Origin: Lophium mytilinum | Taxonomy: Eukaryota | Direction: 5' to 3' | Length of the DNA stretch: 64,000 nucleotides | Assembly: GCA_010093605.1 (NCBI GenBank) | Contig: MU004188.1 | Span: 1,181,673 to 1,245,672, forward strand | Part shown: positions 13,254 through 25,690 of the stretch, one piece after another | Position numbering within the stretch: position 1 is the stretch's first letter | How the letters are laid out: each line of letters opens with the position of its first letter | The notes under the pieces: model-generated | Told to the model about the DNA's origin: nothing | Seen by the model: the letters and a program-made list of their open reading frames with translations, nothing else | Database searches by the model: none | Translations under genes and position numbers: made by a program

Positions 13254-13469
13254 CCTTTAGACGACGCGTACTCAGTCCATCGAGGAATTATTCTCCCTGA
13301 TGTTGGGTGAAGGTGAGGACGACGTCGCCTTATGAGGAAAGGCGGTGCCAAGAGCGCACGGACCACATCTAAATTAGAGATCTTCATGCGCGACGAGGCT
13401 ACAACAGCTCTGCCTTCTTTTCACCTCGACACCAACACCGCCAACCAACACCGCCATCCAACCGCAGAG

Positions 13470-16095
13470 ATGAACGGCCCCCTAAATCCTCCTTCGGTCT
13501 GGCAAAAGGCCCAGACTGAGGCGGGGCGGCCCTATTACTTCCATAAAGAGACGAGAGCGACGCGATGGGACGCGCCAGAAGAGTATATGGATCCCGTAGA
13601 GGTGAGCATTGATTGCCGTTGGCAACACTGTCCCGTTTCCGTCCCTTCACCAGTAGATGCTAACCTGAATATAGCGCGCTTGTGTCGGCACTCAATGGAA
13701 GGTTCACCATACGGAAGTTGGCAGGCGATATTACTACCATAACGAAACTAAGAAGACTTCCTGGGAAGTTCCTACAGAGATCGAAGAGAAGCTGAAGAAG
13801 TTTGAGCAGCCTCCGGTTCGGCCAGTGCCTTCGCAAGTGAACTGATTCCGCTTTTGAAACGCTCTAACATCTCAACAGTGCTCCAACCTTTGTCGCCGGT
13901 GGCCCTATGCGCCCTCCTCAAAACAACTACCGAGATCGCGATGACTATGATCGCAATGACCGCATTGGCCCAGACCGACAGATTGGATTTCGTGGTGACC
14001 CCGAGCGTGGATACCGAGCCGACCCCGAGCGCAACGCCAACATAACCTCCCTGACTTCCCAGACCGACCCAGAGTACAGTTCATTCGAAGAAGCGGAAGC
14101 GGCCTTCATGAAGCTCCTGAGGCGCGTTGGCGCTCAACCCGAGTGGAGCTGGGAACAGACTGTCCGTGCCACCGTCAAGGATCCACAGTACCGAGCCTTA
14201 AAGGACCCCAAAGACCGAAAGTCGGCATTCGAGAAGTACGTGGTTGAAGTGCGCGCACAAGAGAAGGACAAGGAAAAGGATAGGCTCGCCAAGCTCCGTG
14301 CCGACTTTGCTTCCATGCTGAGCTCACACCCCGAGATCAAACACTACACGCGCTGGAAGACGGCTCGCCCGATTATTGAGGAGGAGAGCATATTCCGATC
14401 TGCGAAGTCCGATGATGAGCGTAGACAGCTATTCGAGGAGTACATTGTGGATCTCAAGAAGTCAACCGCAGCGGAGGAGGCCAAGAACCGTAGTGCTGCC
14501 TTGGAGGAGATCATGGAAATTCTGCGTGCTATGCATCTTGAGCCATATACGCGTTGGTCGAGCGCACAGGAAATTCTCCAATCCAACTCACACATCAAGA
14601 ACGACGAGAAGTTCCAGTCACTCACCAAGCTAGACATTCTGAAGGCTTTCGACAATCACATCAAGGCACTCGAGCGTAGCTTCAACGATCAGCGCCAGAA
14701 GCAGAAAGCTTTGAAGACTAGGCGCGAGCGACAGGCTCGAGAAGGGTTCCTCGGCCTTTTAAAGGAACTTAAATCGGAGAAGAAAATCAATGCCAATTCA
14801 AAGTGGATGGAAGTCCACGCGTTGGTTGAAAACGACGATCGGTACATTGCGATGCTGGGTAACTCTGGATCATCACCTCTGGATCTCTTCTGGGATTTGA
14901 TCGAAGAGGAGGATAGAGCAATTCGTCTGAGGCGTAACGAGGCTATGGACGTTCTGGATGTGAGTGTCGCAGCCCCTTTCAACGATAATTACTAACTCCT
15001 TCAGGACACGCATTTTGAAGTCACACCTAAGACTACCTTCGACGAGTTCCTCTCTGTTATGAAAGCTGATCGACGCACAGCGGATCTCGATAGCGACTAC
15101 GTGAAACTCATTTTCGAGCGCATCCGCGACAAAGTAATGAGGCGAACCGAAGACGAGAAGCATCATGCAGAACGCGCCCAAATGCGCAACTTTGACAAAC
15201 TTCGCTCTAAGATCAAGCATCTCGAACCACCAGTCGCAGTGGGGGACACTTGGGACCAGGTACGTCCCCGCCTTGAGAAGTTTGAGGAGTATCGTGCTCT
15301 TGACTCGGATGAGCTTCGCCGTTCCGCATTCGAAAAGACCATGCGGCGCCTCAAGGAGCGGGACGACGAAGAGCGACGCGATCATCGACCCCGGGATCGT
15401 GGTGATCGATACAGCAGCCACCGCGACCGCGAGCGGGACTACCGAGATAATCACGCTGACTCCCATCGTCGTCGTCGGACTCGGACTCGCTCTCCAGAGC
15501 CAGACGCCTATCAAGAGGACCGCAAGAAGGCGCAGGAAAACCGGGAGAAGCAGTATCGCAAGGGTGGAAGCAGCACCGGTCTGTCTCCGCCGTATCGGCG
15601 CGACAGGGAGGACCGCGAGCGTGATCGCACTCGGGATCGAGGAGACAGGTATGATAGGGGATCCAGACAAGTCAGTTTGAGCCACTATGACCGCGAACGT
15701 AGAGAGCGCGAAGCCGAGCGGGAGCGTGACTACGTTAGCCGTGCGGATCCTCGGGACCGTGGCAGCGAGCTCGACTATGGTGACAGCCGTCCTGGTAGCA
15801 TGAGGCGCCGTAGGGACAGCGATGCCGGCAGTCCTGGCAGCAGGAGAGACAACAAGGTCAACACCCCCCCCCCCCTTCTATTTGATCTACGCATACTGCC
15901 ACAGCGCCTCTTATGCTGCCCCATCTCAACTTTTAACCAACTTTGGGGTATTCTCTAAATCTAAGTATCGTACTAACACTTTCTCAGCGCGTGCGCCGTT
16001 CTCGAACTCCCGCCGCCCCGCCTACACCTGCTCCCGCCGCTGAGGATCCAGGCCTCCGGTCTGGCAGCGAAGAGGGCGAACTGGCCGAAGACTAG
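13470..16095 (+). CDS. PRP40: U1 snRNP-associated splicing factor Prp40 (2 WW domains, FF repeats, RD/RE-rich tail)
   Basis: WQKAQTEAGRPYYFHKETRATRWDAP and WKVHHTEVGRRYYYHNETKKTSWEVP; FF repeats (AEAAFMKLL, RRQLFEEYI, SSPLDLFWD); ends GSEEGELAED* at 16095. Confidence 0.92.
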
Positions 16096-16695
16096 CCCCA
16101 GCGATAGACCCGCTTAGCTCGATCAGATCAGATCAATTTCACTTCCGGTACGTGTTCACTTTCACGAGATTTCAGAACTCTCGATTTTCTTCTCTAGCCC
16201 ATGTTCTCTATTCCTCTAAATGGGGTTTAATTCAAAACTTTTGCATGTGGCGAATTGCAGGCGGATAATCGGAAACGGAGAAGGTTAGCAACAGGTATTC
16301 TCCTAGTACAGTAGTTGGCAGTAGTCTAGCTTGAAAATTCAGGGGACTCTACTATTCGTCTGCGCTCGAGGATGTGATGGTGAGGTGAAGTCGTCACTGA
16401 CAGCGGCCCCCTAACTTGACCCGTGCGACCTACCTACCTAGACGAATACCAATTGTAGCTGGCATCGTGTTAGGTAGAGAACATGTGGCACAGGAGGTCG
16501 GCGCGCTGTCGCCAGCAGCGTTGGTCATCCTCGTCGTCGTCTTCATCAGACCCGACCTCCTCGTCGGGCAAACCACCAGAACGCCGTCCGATGCCGCCTT
16601 TCCTGCTGCCGCTACCGCCGCCCGATGCACCTAGAACGCCTTTATCCGAAATGCTGGGGGGAGGGGGCTGTTGGTTCTTCTTTGGGACGCCCTTT

Positions 16696-18918
16696 TCAAC
16701 TCTCATCTTCCAGGAAGAACTATGTGTGAAGTCTGTTAGTCTAATGTGCAAGAATTGACAGTTGCTTCGGAATGAAGGTTAGAAGATGACGACTTACGTA
16801 GTTGCCCGACAACTTCTGTTCCTGGTCTAGCTGCGACTGGTACTTGTTGATGCGAGGACGGTACGAGTTGGGGTCGCGGCGGAACGTGACGTCCAGGTTC
16901 TTGAGGAACTTGTTGCAGCCGGTGAGCAGACTCTCGGGTGGGTTGGCGCGGGAGTTGACGGAGGGCTGGCCGTCAAAGACAATGACACGGTCGGCGAGAT
17001 AGGTGGCCATGATAAAATCGTGCTCGACGACGAAGGCGGTCTTCTTCGCGTGCATGATGAAGCGCTTGATGACTCTAGCGGCGACGATACGCTGCTCGGA
17101 GTCGAGGTATGCGCTGGGCTGGGATGGTGTTAAAATGATTTATACGGATAGTGGGGTTTTGCACTTACTTCGTCGATCAAGTAGATGTCTGCGGGGATTC
17201 CGAGCGCAAGGACGATGGCGACACGCTGCAACTCACCACCAGAGAGGTTCTGGACTTCCTGGTCGATAAAGTCATCCATCTTCAGAGGCTTGTAGACGTC
17301 CGTTTGGAATTGCGGGCTCAGGAAAGCAGCCTTGATCTTCTTGAAGAAGAGCTGGCGAACAGTGCCCGTGAACTTGGGGGTAATCTTCTGAGGCTTCATG
17401 CTGATGTTCATGGGGGGCACTCTGCGAGTTCCATCCGGCTTCTCGGCACCAGCCAACATCCTACAGAACGTAGTTTTGCCAGTACCGTTCTCGCCCATCA
17501 TGACGATGATCTCGGAATCTGTGAAATCGCCGCCATCCACTTTAAGATGGAAGCCTCCCAGAGTCTTCTCCATGGACGGGTACTTGTACGCACGAGCTTT
17601 GTCGGCCAAGAACTCCTCGCCTGCTTCTCCAATGCGGAACTGGAGGGACTCCTCACGGAAACGAAGATTCTCGGTAGGGATGTTGCCGTCAAGGAAGATG
17701 TTGATACCTTCACGAACGGAGGCAGGTAGTGTGACGACACCGTAGACCGCTGGTTTACCGTAAAGAACGCAAATGAAGTCAGAGAGATAATCCAGGACTG
17801 ACAGATCGTGCTCGACAACGATGACGTAGTCATCCGAGCGAAGGAGACTTCGAATCATTTTACCAGCATTGAGACGCTGCTTGACATCCAAAAAGGAAGA
17901 TGGCTCGTCGAACATGTAGACGTCGGCTTGCTGGACACAGACGGTGCCAATGGCGAATCGCTGCAGTTCTCCTCCAGAGAGTAGGGAAACATCACGATCG
18001 TAGACTTGGTTTAGCTCTTTTGGGCTAAGTTAGCTCAGTGTTCTAAACTTGTCTAGTATAGGGACCATACCTAGAACGTCACTGATTTCCTCCAAATTGT
18101 CCATTTGCGAGCGACTCTTGATGAGGTAGCCCACGGTCTTGTTGGGACCTTTGATAGCCTTGGGGATTTGGTCGACATATTGAGGCTTGACAACGGCTTT
18201 GAGATTGTCCTCGAGCACTTTTGTGAAGTAGTCTGTCCGGCGTTAGTCGGCCCAGCAGTCTCTTCGCATGCAACGTACTCTGCAGTTCTGAGCCACGGAA
18301 GTATTTGAGGATATCCTCCCAGTCCGGCGGGTTGTCGTATCTGCCCAAGTTTGGCTTCAACTTGCCACTCAGGATCTTCAGTGCCGTGCTCTTTCCAATT
18401 CCGTTTGTTCCCACTAATCCCAGCACCTGACCTGGTCGTGGTGTAGGCAGCCTATGCAGCTTGAAGCTGTTCGCCGAGTATCGATGGGTGACTTGGGTCT
18501 CGAGGTTGGTAGGCAAGTTGATGATGTTGATGGCATCGAAGGGGCACTTCTTTGGGCAAATACCGCATCCGATACAAAGACGCTCGGAGATGAAGGCAAT
18601 CTTGGAGGAGGCATCGACCTCGATACAGAGCTTGCCCGTGCGGACAACAGGACACGATTTTTTGCATTCTTGTCTGCATTTCTACTTTCCCATTAGCATG
18701 TCATCCTATACATCTTGTATGACAGACTCACCTTCGGTTTGCACTATTTTCGTTGTGATTATATTAGCCTTGATCTGATTTGCCGACGTGGAGGGGTAGT
18801 GGGGGAGGGGAGGCGCACTTTGTCCGCATTGACAATTGCTATGCTACACGGAGGAGTTAGAAAATGATCGCGGAGTGGTTCGAAGGCGGAGCGCGTACCG
18901 GGTGAGTCTGTCCGACAT
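16696..18918 (-). CDS. RLI1: Ribosome-recycling ABC ATPase Rli1/ABCE1 (multi-exon)
   Basis: [30 protein letters not shown]e-S domain; [17 protein letters not shown] twice; [13 protein letters not shown]; ends SGNY/FFLEDES*. Confidence 0.97.
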
Positions 18919-19772
18919 GGTGAGGTTATTCGCACAACAGCGCGGAGCAGAACAATAGCAAGCGGGGTGCTGTTACTCGACTGTCCTCGAGGAGTGCGCT
19001 CGGGGGTGTATTGGGGGTGTATTGGGGAGTAGCGGTGGAAGTGGGTGTGCAGGTTGAACGGTGAGAGAAGTAGAAAGAAGAATCACCACGTAGACAAGCC
19101 GAGAGTTGTCTTTAGAGCCGTGGATGAAATTTGGTGGACGATTCGCAAGCGGAAGACGGGCATCGGGGGTCACGTGCGGGCCGCTAGCGCCTTTGCTATT
19201 AAGGCTGAGAGGCACCGCTCACATTGTCTGTGTGGACCTTCACACTCCCCCAACCTCGTCTCCCGACTCCACCACCAACACCCCCGAGCGGGTTTTCTGT
19301 CACCTCTGCTGAGGGTGTCTTAGCCATGGACTGTAGGTCTCCCCTTGTTTCCTCTCATTCTGCGCTGCTGCACGGTCAAACACTGCCGGCGGGCGGCGAT
19401 CTGTCGCTCGAAGTCGGCCATCACCACCATCTTATATCTCGCCTATACATCGAAAAGAAGTCGATACCTGCTCAGTGATGCATGTTCCTGGATATTCACG
19501 ATCCTTACAACACACTGCTGCTCGTTTCCGGCGGTCGGAGGCCCATTGACCGCCACGATACACATTCTTGTCTTCCATCTCCAAGTCATCAAACACTCGA
19601 TTCACCATCAGACCTTGCATATTCCAACCTACTGCACCCATTCTAGTCGCTTTTTGTTCCTGTTGAGTCGCGTATCATCGCTCTGCACATCGCACCTACC
19701 CTCGGCTCTCTCAGCCGTGTCGTTGTTGAGAAATCTTGCTGACCATCATCTCCATCAGCCGCGTCCATCACG

Positions 19773-22700
19773 ATGCCCTCTCCTCCGTATCCCAATACAT
19801 CCTTACCCCTTACGAATGGCCACCTGTCGCCTCTCGCCGTCACTGTCACGAACGCCGACGACATGGCCTCCCACAGCGAAAGCGAACTCTCCGACATCAA
19901 GGATCCCATCGCCGAAGACTTGTCCTCCGAGGACGAAGCCGAAGCAGACTCTTACGATGTACCTATGGCAGATGTCGGGACTTCCGACACTTCCGAAGAC
20001 GAAGATGCTGACGGCGACGCTGATGGCGACTACGATTCGGAGACACCGCCTTATGGTCAGCTAGAAGACAGCCGGGCGCGTAGTTCATCGTCGGAGGAGT
20101 CGAGTAGACCCCCGAAGCGGAAAGCAAGCGTCGAAGAGGATGAAATATCCCAGAACCCAGAGCTATATGGCCTACGAAGAAGCGTATGTGTGATCACTAC
20201 ATCAAGGCTATCCTCGCTGACATCACTCAAGGGTCGCGCTCATCTCAACCGTCGCATCGTATGTACTTCACGTCATGCTTCATCCCACACTACTAACGCA
20301 GATGGCAGGTCGAAAGTAGTGATTCAGAGGATAAAGCCGCCTCAGATGCTCGACGGAAGCGTCAGAAGACGTCTTCTCGAAAAGGTGCGCATATTCCCAA
20401 CCCCTTTTACGATGCCCAGGTACTAATCAAACGCCCTCGCAGCGTCGCATCAACCCACCCCCACCCTCCATTCAACCGGCGAATCCGAGTCCGAATCAGA
20501 CACTTATGTGGGTGCTCGGCGAAACGTCCCTACCAAGAAGCAGCGACAGCGTCAACTGCAGGTCGCAGCTGGTCTACTACCCCCCTCACATGGCGAGATA
20601 CGCTTTTCGGCAAGGCAAACCAAGCCAGTAACCAACTACAATGAAGACGAAGACGAAGACATGTTCGAGGAGGACGATGATGAAACCACACCCGCCTACT
20701 GGGAGACTGTGGTTGAAGATACTTCCCCTGCAATTGATGTCGTCTTGGATCATCGACCGCAAGAAGGGACCGGTCAGTAACCTAGTGTATCCGGAATGAC
20801 ATCTTGCTAACTATTGTAACAGAAGTCGATCCTGCTATGGCTACCAAGAAAGACTTTGACTACCTTGTAAGTCCTTACATACTAGCCCTGCTGGCTAAAC
20901 CGCAGTCTAATGCTATCAGATCAAATGGCAAGGGAAGGCCCACTACCACTCTACATGGGAGCCCTTTGAAACGGTCTCCAACTACCGTGGCTTTCGCAAG
21001 CTCGAGAACTACTTCCGCAAGGTCATCAATGTTGATTTAGGCTTCCAGTATCGACAAAAGGAAGAGCCCGAGGAGTACGAGAAATACAAGATAGAACGGG
21101 AGATGCAGAAGAGCGCGCTCTCGGATTATCAGCTAGTAGAGCGTGTAATTGGCTCTCGTCAAGGCGACGAGGGCACCGAGTACTATGTCAAGTGTATGTA
21201 GAGCTTTACCCTAGCACTCTTTGCCTTTGCTGACCATTCGTAGGGAAAACTTTGACCTACGACTTCTGTACCTGGGAAGATGCTACTCTCATCAGCAACT
21301 TATCTCAGCTCGAGATCGATCGTTACCTCGATAGGTCTTCGAAGCTGCCCTCCTCGAACACGAAAGAGTCCAATATTGCTACGCGAAGCAAGTTTGTCCG
21401 CCTGACGGAACAACCCGACTATATCAAACATGGCGAGCTCAGATCTTTCCAACTTCATGGTGTCAATTTCCTTGCTCACAACTGGTGTCGCGGAAACAAT
21501 GTCATCCTGGCGGATGAAATGGGTCTCGGTAAAACCGTCCAAACTGTCGCTTTCATGAACTGGCTTCGCCATGACCGGGGCCAGGAAGGGCCCTTTATCT
21601 GCGTGGTGCCTCTATCCACGATGCCGGCATGGGCTGATACTTTCAACAACTGGACTCCAGATATCAACTATGTTGTCTACACCGGCAACAACAGTGCCCG
21701 TGAGATAATCAAGAGCTACGAGCTTCTTGTTGACCGGGACAATCTGCGAAAGGTGAAATTCAATGTCCTTCTCACGACTTATGAGTACGTTCTTGCCGAC
21801 TGGCAGTGGCTGTCGCAGCTGAAGTGGCAATTCCTTGCCGTGGACGAAGCCCATCGATTGAAGAATCGCGAGTCACAGCTTTACGCCAAGTTATTAGAGT
21901 TCAAAGCCCCAAGTCGCCTTTTCATCACCGGCACTCCCATACAGAACACTCTGGGCGAATTGTCAGCTCTCATGGACTTCCTCATGCCAGGAACGATGAA
22001 CATCGATGAGAACATTGACCTTCAGTCCGAGGATGCAAGTCGTAAGATAGCCGAGCTTAGCGACGCCATCAAACCCTACATGATCCGGCGCACCAAAGAG
22101 AAGGTTGAAAACGATCTTCCACCGAAATCTGAAAAGATCCTTCGTGTGGAGCTGTCTGATATACAGCTTGAGTACTACAAGAACATCCTCACAAGGAATT
22201 ACGAAGCTCTCAACGAGGGTGTCAAGGGACAAAAACAATCGTTACTGAACATCATGATGGAGTTGAAGAAAGCCAGCAACCATCCACTAATCTTCGTGAA
22301 CGCAGAGGCGAAGTTGATCAGTCCTAATGCCAGCAAAGACGAAACTTTGAAGATTCTCATTACGACTAGCGGCAAGATGATGCTTCTTGACCAGCTTCTC
22401 ACCAAATTGAAGAAAGACGGCCATCGAGTCCTTATTTTCAGTCAAATGGTACAAATGCTTAACATCCTCACGGACTATCTAAGACTCCGGAACTACTCAT
22501 TCCAACGGCTAGACGGTACCGTTCCTGCAAGCGATCGTAAGATTGCTATTGACCATTTCAATGCACCCGGCAGTGACGACTTCTGCTTTCTCCTCTCCAC
22601 ACGAGCTGGCGGCCTCGGTATCAATTTGATGACAGCGGACACCGTGATCTTGTTCGATTCGGATTGGAATCCGCAAGCTGATTTGCAGGCTATGGCTCGC

Positions 22701-24851
22701 GCTCATCGCATTGGTCAAAAGAACCCTGTCAGCATCTACCGGCTCGTATCCAAAGACACCGTTGAAGAAGAGATTCTTGAGCGCGCGAGAAACAAACTGA
22801 TGCTAGAGTTCATTACCATACAGCGTGGTGTGACCGACAAGTCTGACAAGGAGATCTCGGAAAAGATTGCGCGAGCAAAAGATGCGGTCACTGAACCTAC
22901 CTCTGCAGATGAAATCAATCGCATTCTCAAAAAACGTGGACAGAAAATGTTCGAGCAATCTGGCAACCAAAAGAAACTCGAAGAGCTCGATATCGACGCC
23001 GTCCTGGAGAATGCGGAAGAACATAAGACAGAGCAGGCACCAGGTCTTACTTCGGACGGTGGTGACGAGTTTCTCAAGGCTTTTGAATATACTGACGTCA
23101 AGATTGACCTTGAGTGGGATGACATTATTCCCAAGGAAGACCTCGATGCCATCAAGGCAGAAGCTCAACGACGCAAGGAAGAAGAAGAAACCAAGAGGCT
23201 GCTTGAGGAAAGCGCACCCAGAAAGCGCAAGGCCGCAAACCAAGATGAGCGCGAGCAGCGCGCTGCAAAGAAGCGAGCTCGAGAAATGCAGCAACAAGCA
23301 GTTGACAGTGCGTCTGGAGATGAGTCCAGCACCGATAACGATCCTAAAAGGCCTCTTAACGGCAAAGAAACTCGAAATCTCATCCGAGCATACGAGCGTT
23401 ACGGCTCACTTGATGATCGTGGCGAGGAGATGATCCGGACTGCGAAACTCACCGGTCGCGATCCCGAGGTCTTGAAAGCGACACTGGACGATGTCATTGC
23501 GACGAGCCAGAGGCTTTTGAAAGACGAGCAGACAAGACTGGAGACGATAGAGAAGGAAGCCAAGAGGGTCTTGACAAAGAAAGACAAAAAGGCAGTACTC
23601 TTCGATTACCAGAGCGTTAAGCGATTGAACGCTGAGACGATCATGGAACGTCCAGTAGAGATGCGCATGATTAAGAAGGCAACGGAGGCTGCACCTGATT
23701 GGAGGAACTTCCGCGTTCCCGATGCCATTAAGCCTGCAAACTATACCTGTCCTTGGGGTGCGCGAGAAGACGGCATGCTTTGTGTGGGCATTGCACGACA
23801 TGGCTACGGCGCATGGGTTGCTATTCGAGACGACGTTGAGCTTGGCATGACGGACAAGTTCTACCTGGAAGAGCATCGCGTCGACAAGAAGGAGGAGCGT
23901 AGCAAGGCTGAAGACAAGAACGCGAAGTCGCCTGGAGCAGTCCATTTGGTCCGTAGGGCCAACTACCTTCTGACTGTGCTCAAGGAACAGACTGGAGCGA
24001 ATCCCAACGCCAAGCGACTCATTGAGAATCATCATCGCAACAACAAGAAGAATGCGCTCGGTCGACGGACTGAGAAGGCTTCTGCTGGTTCTGCGAGCCC
24101 TGCGTCGAGCATCAACGTTCGCAAAGCTCCTCGCGAGTCCGAAAAAGCTCGGATGCGAGCGCACAGCAACGCGGAACATCGTCACAGCGAGAGCCGTGGC
24201 GACAGCCGGTCCCACGAACACGGCGCCCTGGACCATCGCCACCGTCTTTCAGAACACCACCCTCGGCCAAGCGTTGATCGCAGAGGACCGCAAAATGACC
24301 GAGTCGGTACACCTGAAAACAAGCGTAAGGTCAGCGACCACGGCGATCGAATCAAGCACGTCAAAAATGAAGATCAGAGTTCGAAGCACAGGAACTCTGA
24401 AGAGCGTCATCATCAGCACCACCGCAGTTTGGACTCGACGCCAAATGGTATCGTGAAGCCAGAGCTAGATGAGTACGCCAACAGCAAGCTCCGGGGAATT
24501 CGGGATCATCTCGACCGTCTCAGCAAGGCAAACGCTAAGACGTACCCGAACAAGGAGGGTCTTATCAAAGTTCTCAAGATGGAGCTGATCGCGGTTGGAA
24601 ACTTCATTCGCGCAGAGTCTCGGGACCAGCCAAACCTCGAGAGCCGATTATGGTAAGTCTAAAATGAAAGTGATTTGAGGGTATTGCTAACAACATGCAG
24701 GGAGACGGTCACGACTAGGTACTGGCCCAACAAGAAGGCCAACGTGGCTCAAATCAAGGGGATGTATAACAACCTGGTCAACAAGGAGAGCGGCAAGCCA
24801 CCTGCTCCAAAGGCAAATGGACAGTCCAACGGAGCAGCAGCAAGGGTTTAG
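19773..24851 (+). CDS. CHD1: Chromodomain-helicase chromatin remodeller Chd1/Hrp1 (multi-exon)
   Basis: Tandem chromodomains (IKWQGKAHYHSTWE; YYVK/WKTLTYDFCTWE); SNF2 motifs ADEMGLGKT, DEAH, FLLSTRAGGLGINL, DSDWNPQADLQAMARAHRIGQ; SANT/SLIDE-like region WGAREDGMLCVGIARHGYGAW. Confidence 0.95.
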
Positions 24852-25690
24852 AAAGCGGTTTCTTTTCTAGTCATACATCGAAGGGTGTTTCAGCTTCGTG
24901 TAGGCGGGTTACATCTGACGAGTAGCATAGCGATGGTGTTGGTAATTGGGTTTTCGGGACTTTCCCCGACTGCATGCATGAACACGATCACATCGGGCGG
25001 CGCAGGCATATTTTCTGGCGATAGAGCTTCAGCTCTGACATCGTCTCTCCTTCTTAAATCTGTGTGGGCGTCGGCGAGCGCACTAAAATATGGCGGAGTA
25101 CGACTCATGGTCGTTAGCACTCTGAATTGAGGCAGATTTTTATACGAGCGAATAGCATCGAACTTAGACATATGTAGCTGCTCTGTTTCATACAGGAACT
25201 GCACAAGCAGCTCCATACTAGCAGATTTGAATACGAGCTCTAGCGAGCAAACTTTGATCATCCTTCAGTTCCACGAGCACCTTGATGACACCCAGATAGT
25301 GAACCCCAGTGAGCACTAGAGGGGAAAGGAAGCGGGCTGTTGCAATATGGATGCATTCAGGGAAAGCGATCACGCGAACTCTGCGCGTGTGCCAACCCCG
25401 AGGCCTCCAAGTGGCCCATGGGGAAAGCATTCACCATTTGGTGTGGAGAGGGTGTGGTAGAGGATGCGCTTGGGAGGCTTGCCGGTGACGTATCCCCGGC
25501 CAGTCAGCTCCAGAGTTTCGCCCACGCCTTTCTCACATCCTTTTGCCCTTGACAACCCGCATTCACAGCACACAAGACCCTACCAAGTGCACGAGCTACT
25601 ACCCGCAGTCCTTGCAAGCATACATATATACGCACGCGTCAGTGCCGTCGATACCGTTCCACGCATGCCGCAGTTCCCCCCTCGACAGCC

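Noticed and set aside
14873..15685. Long antisense ORFs over PRP40, CHD1, PGK1, RLI1 and PPN1
   Set aside because: Shadow ORFs caused by codon bias in the real genes on the opposite strand.
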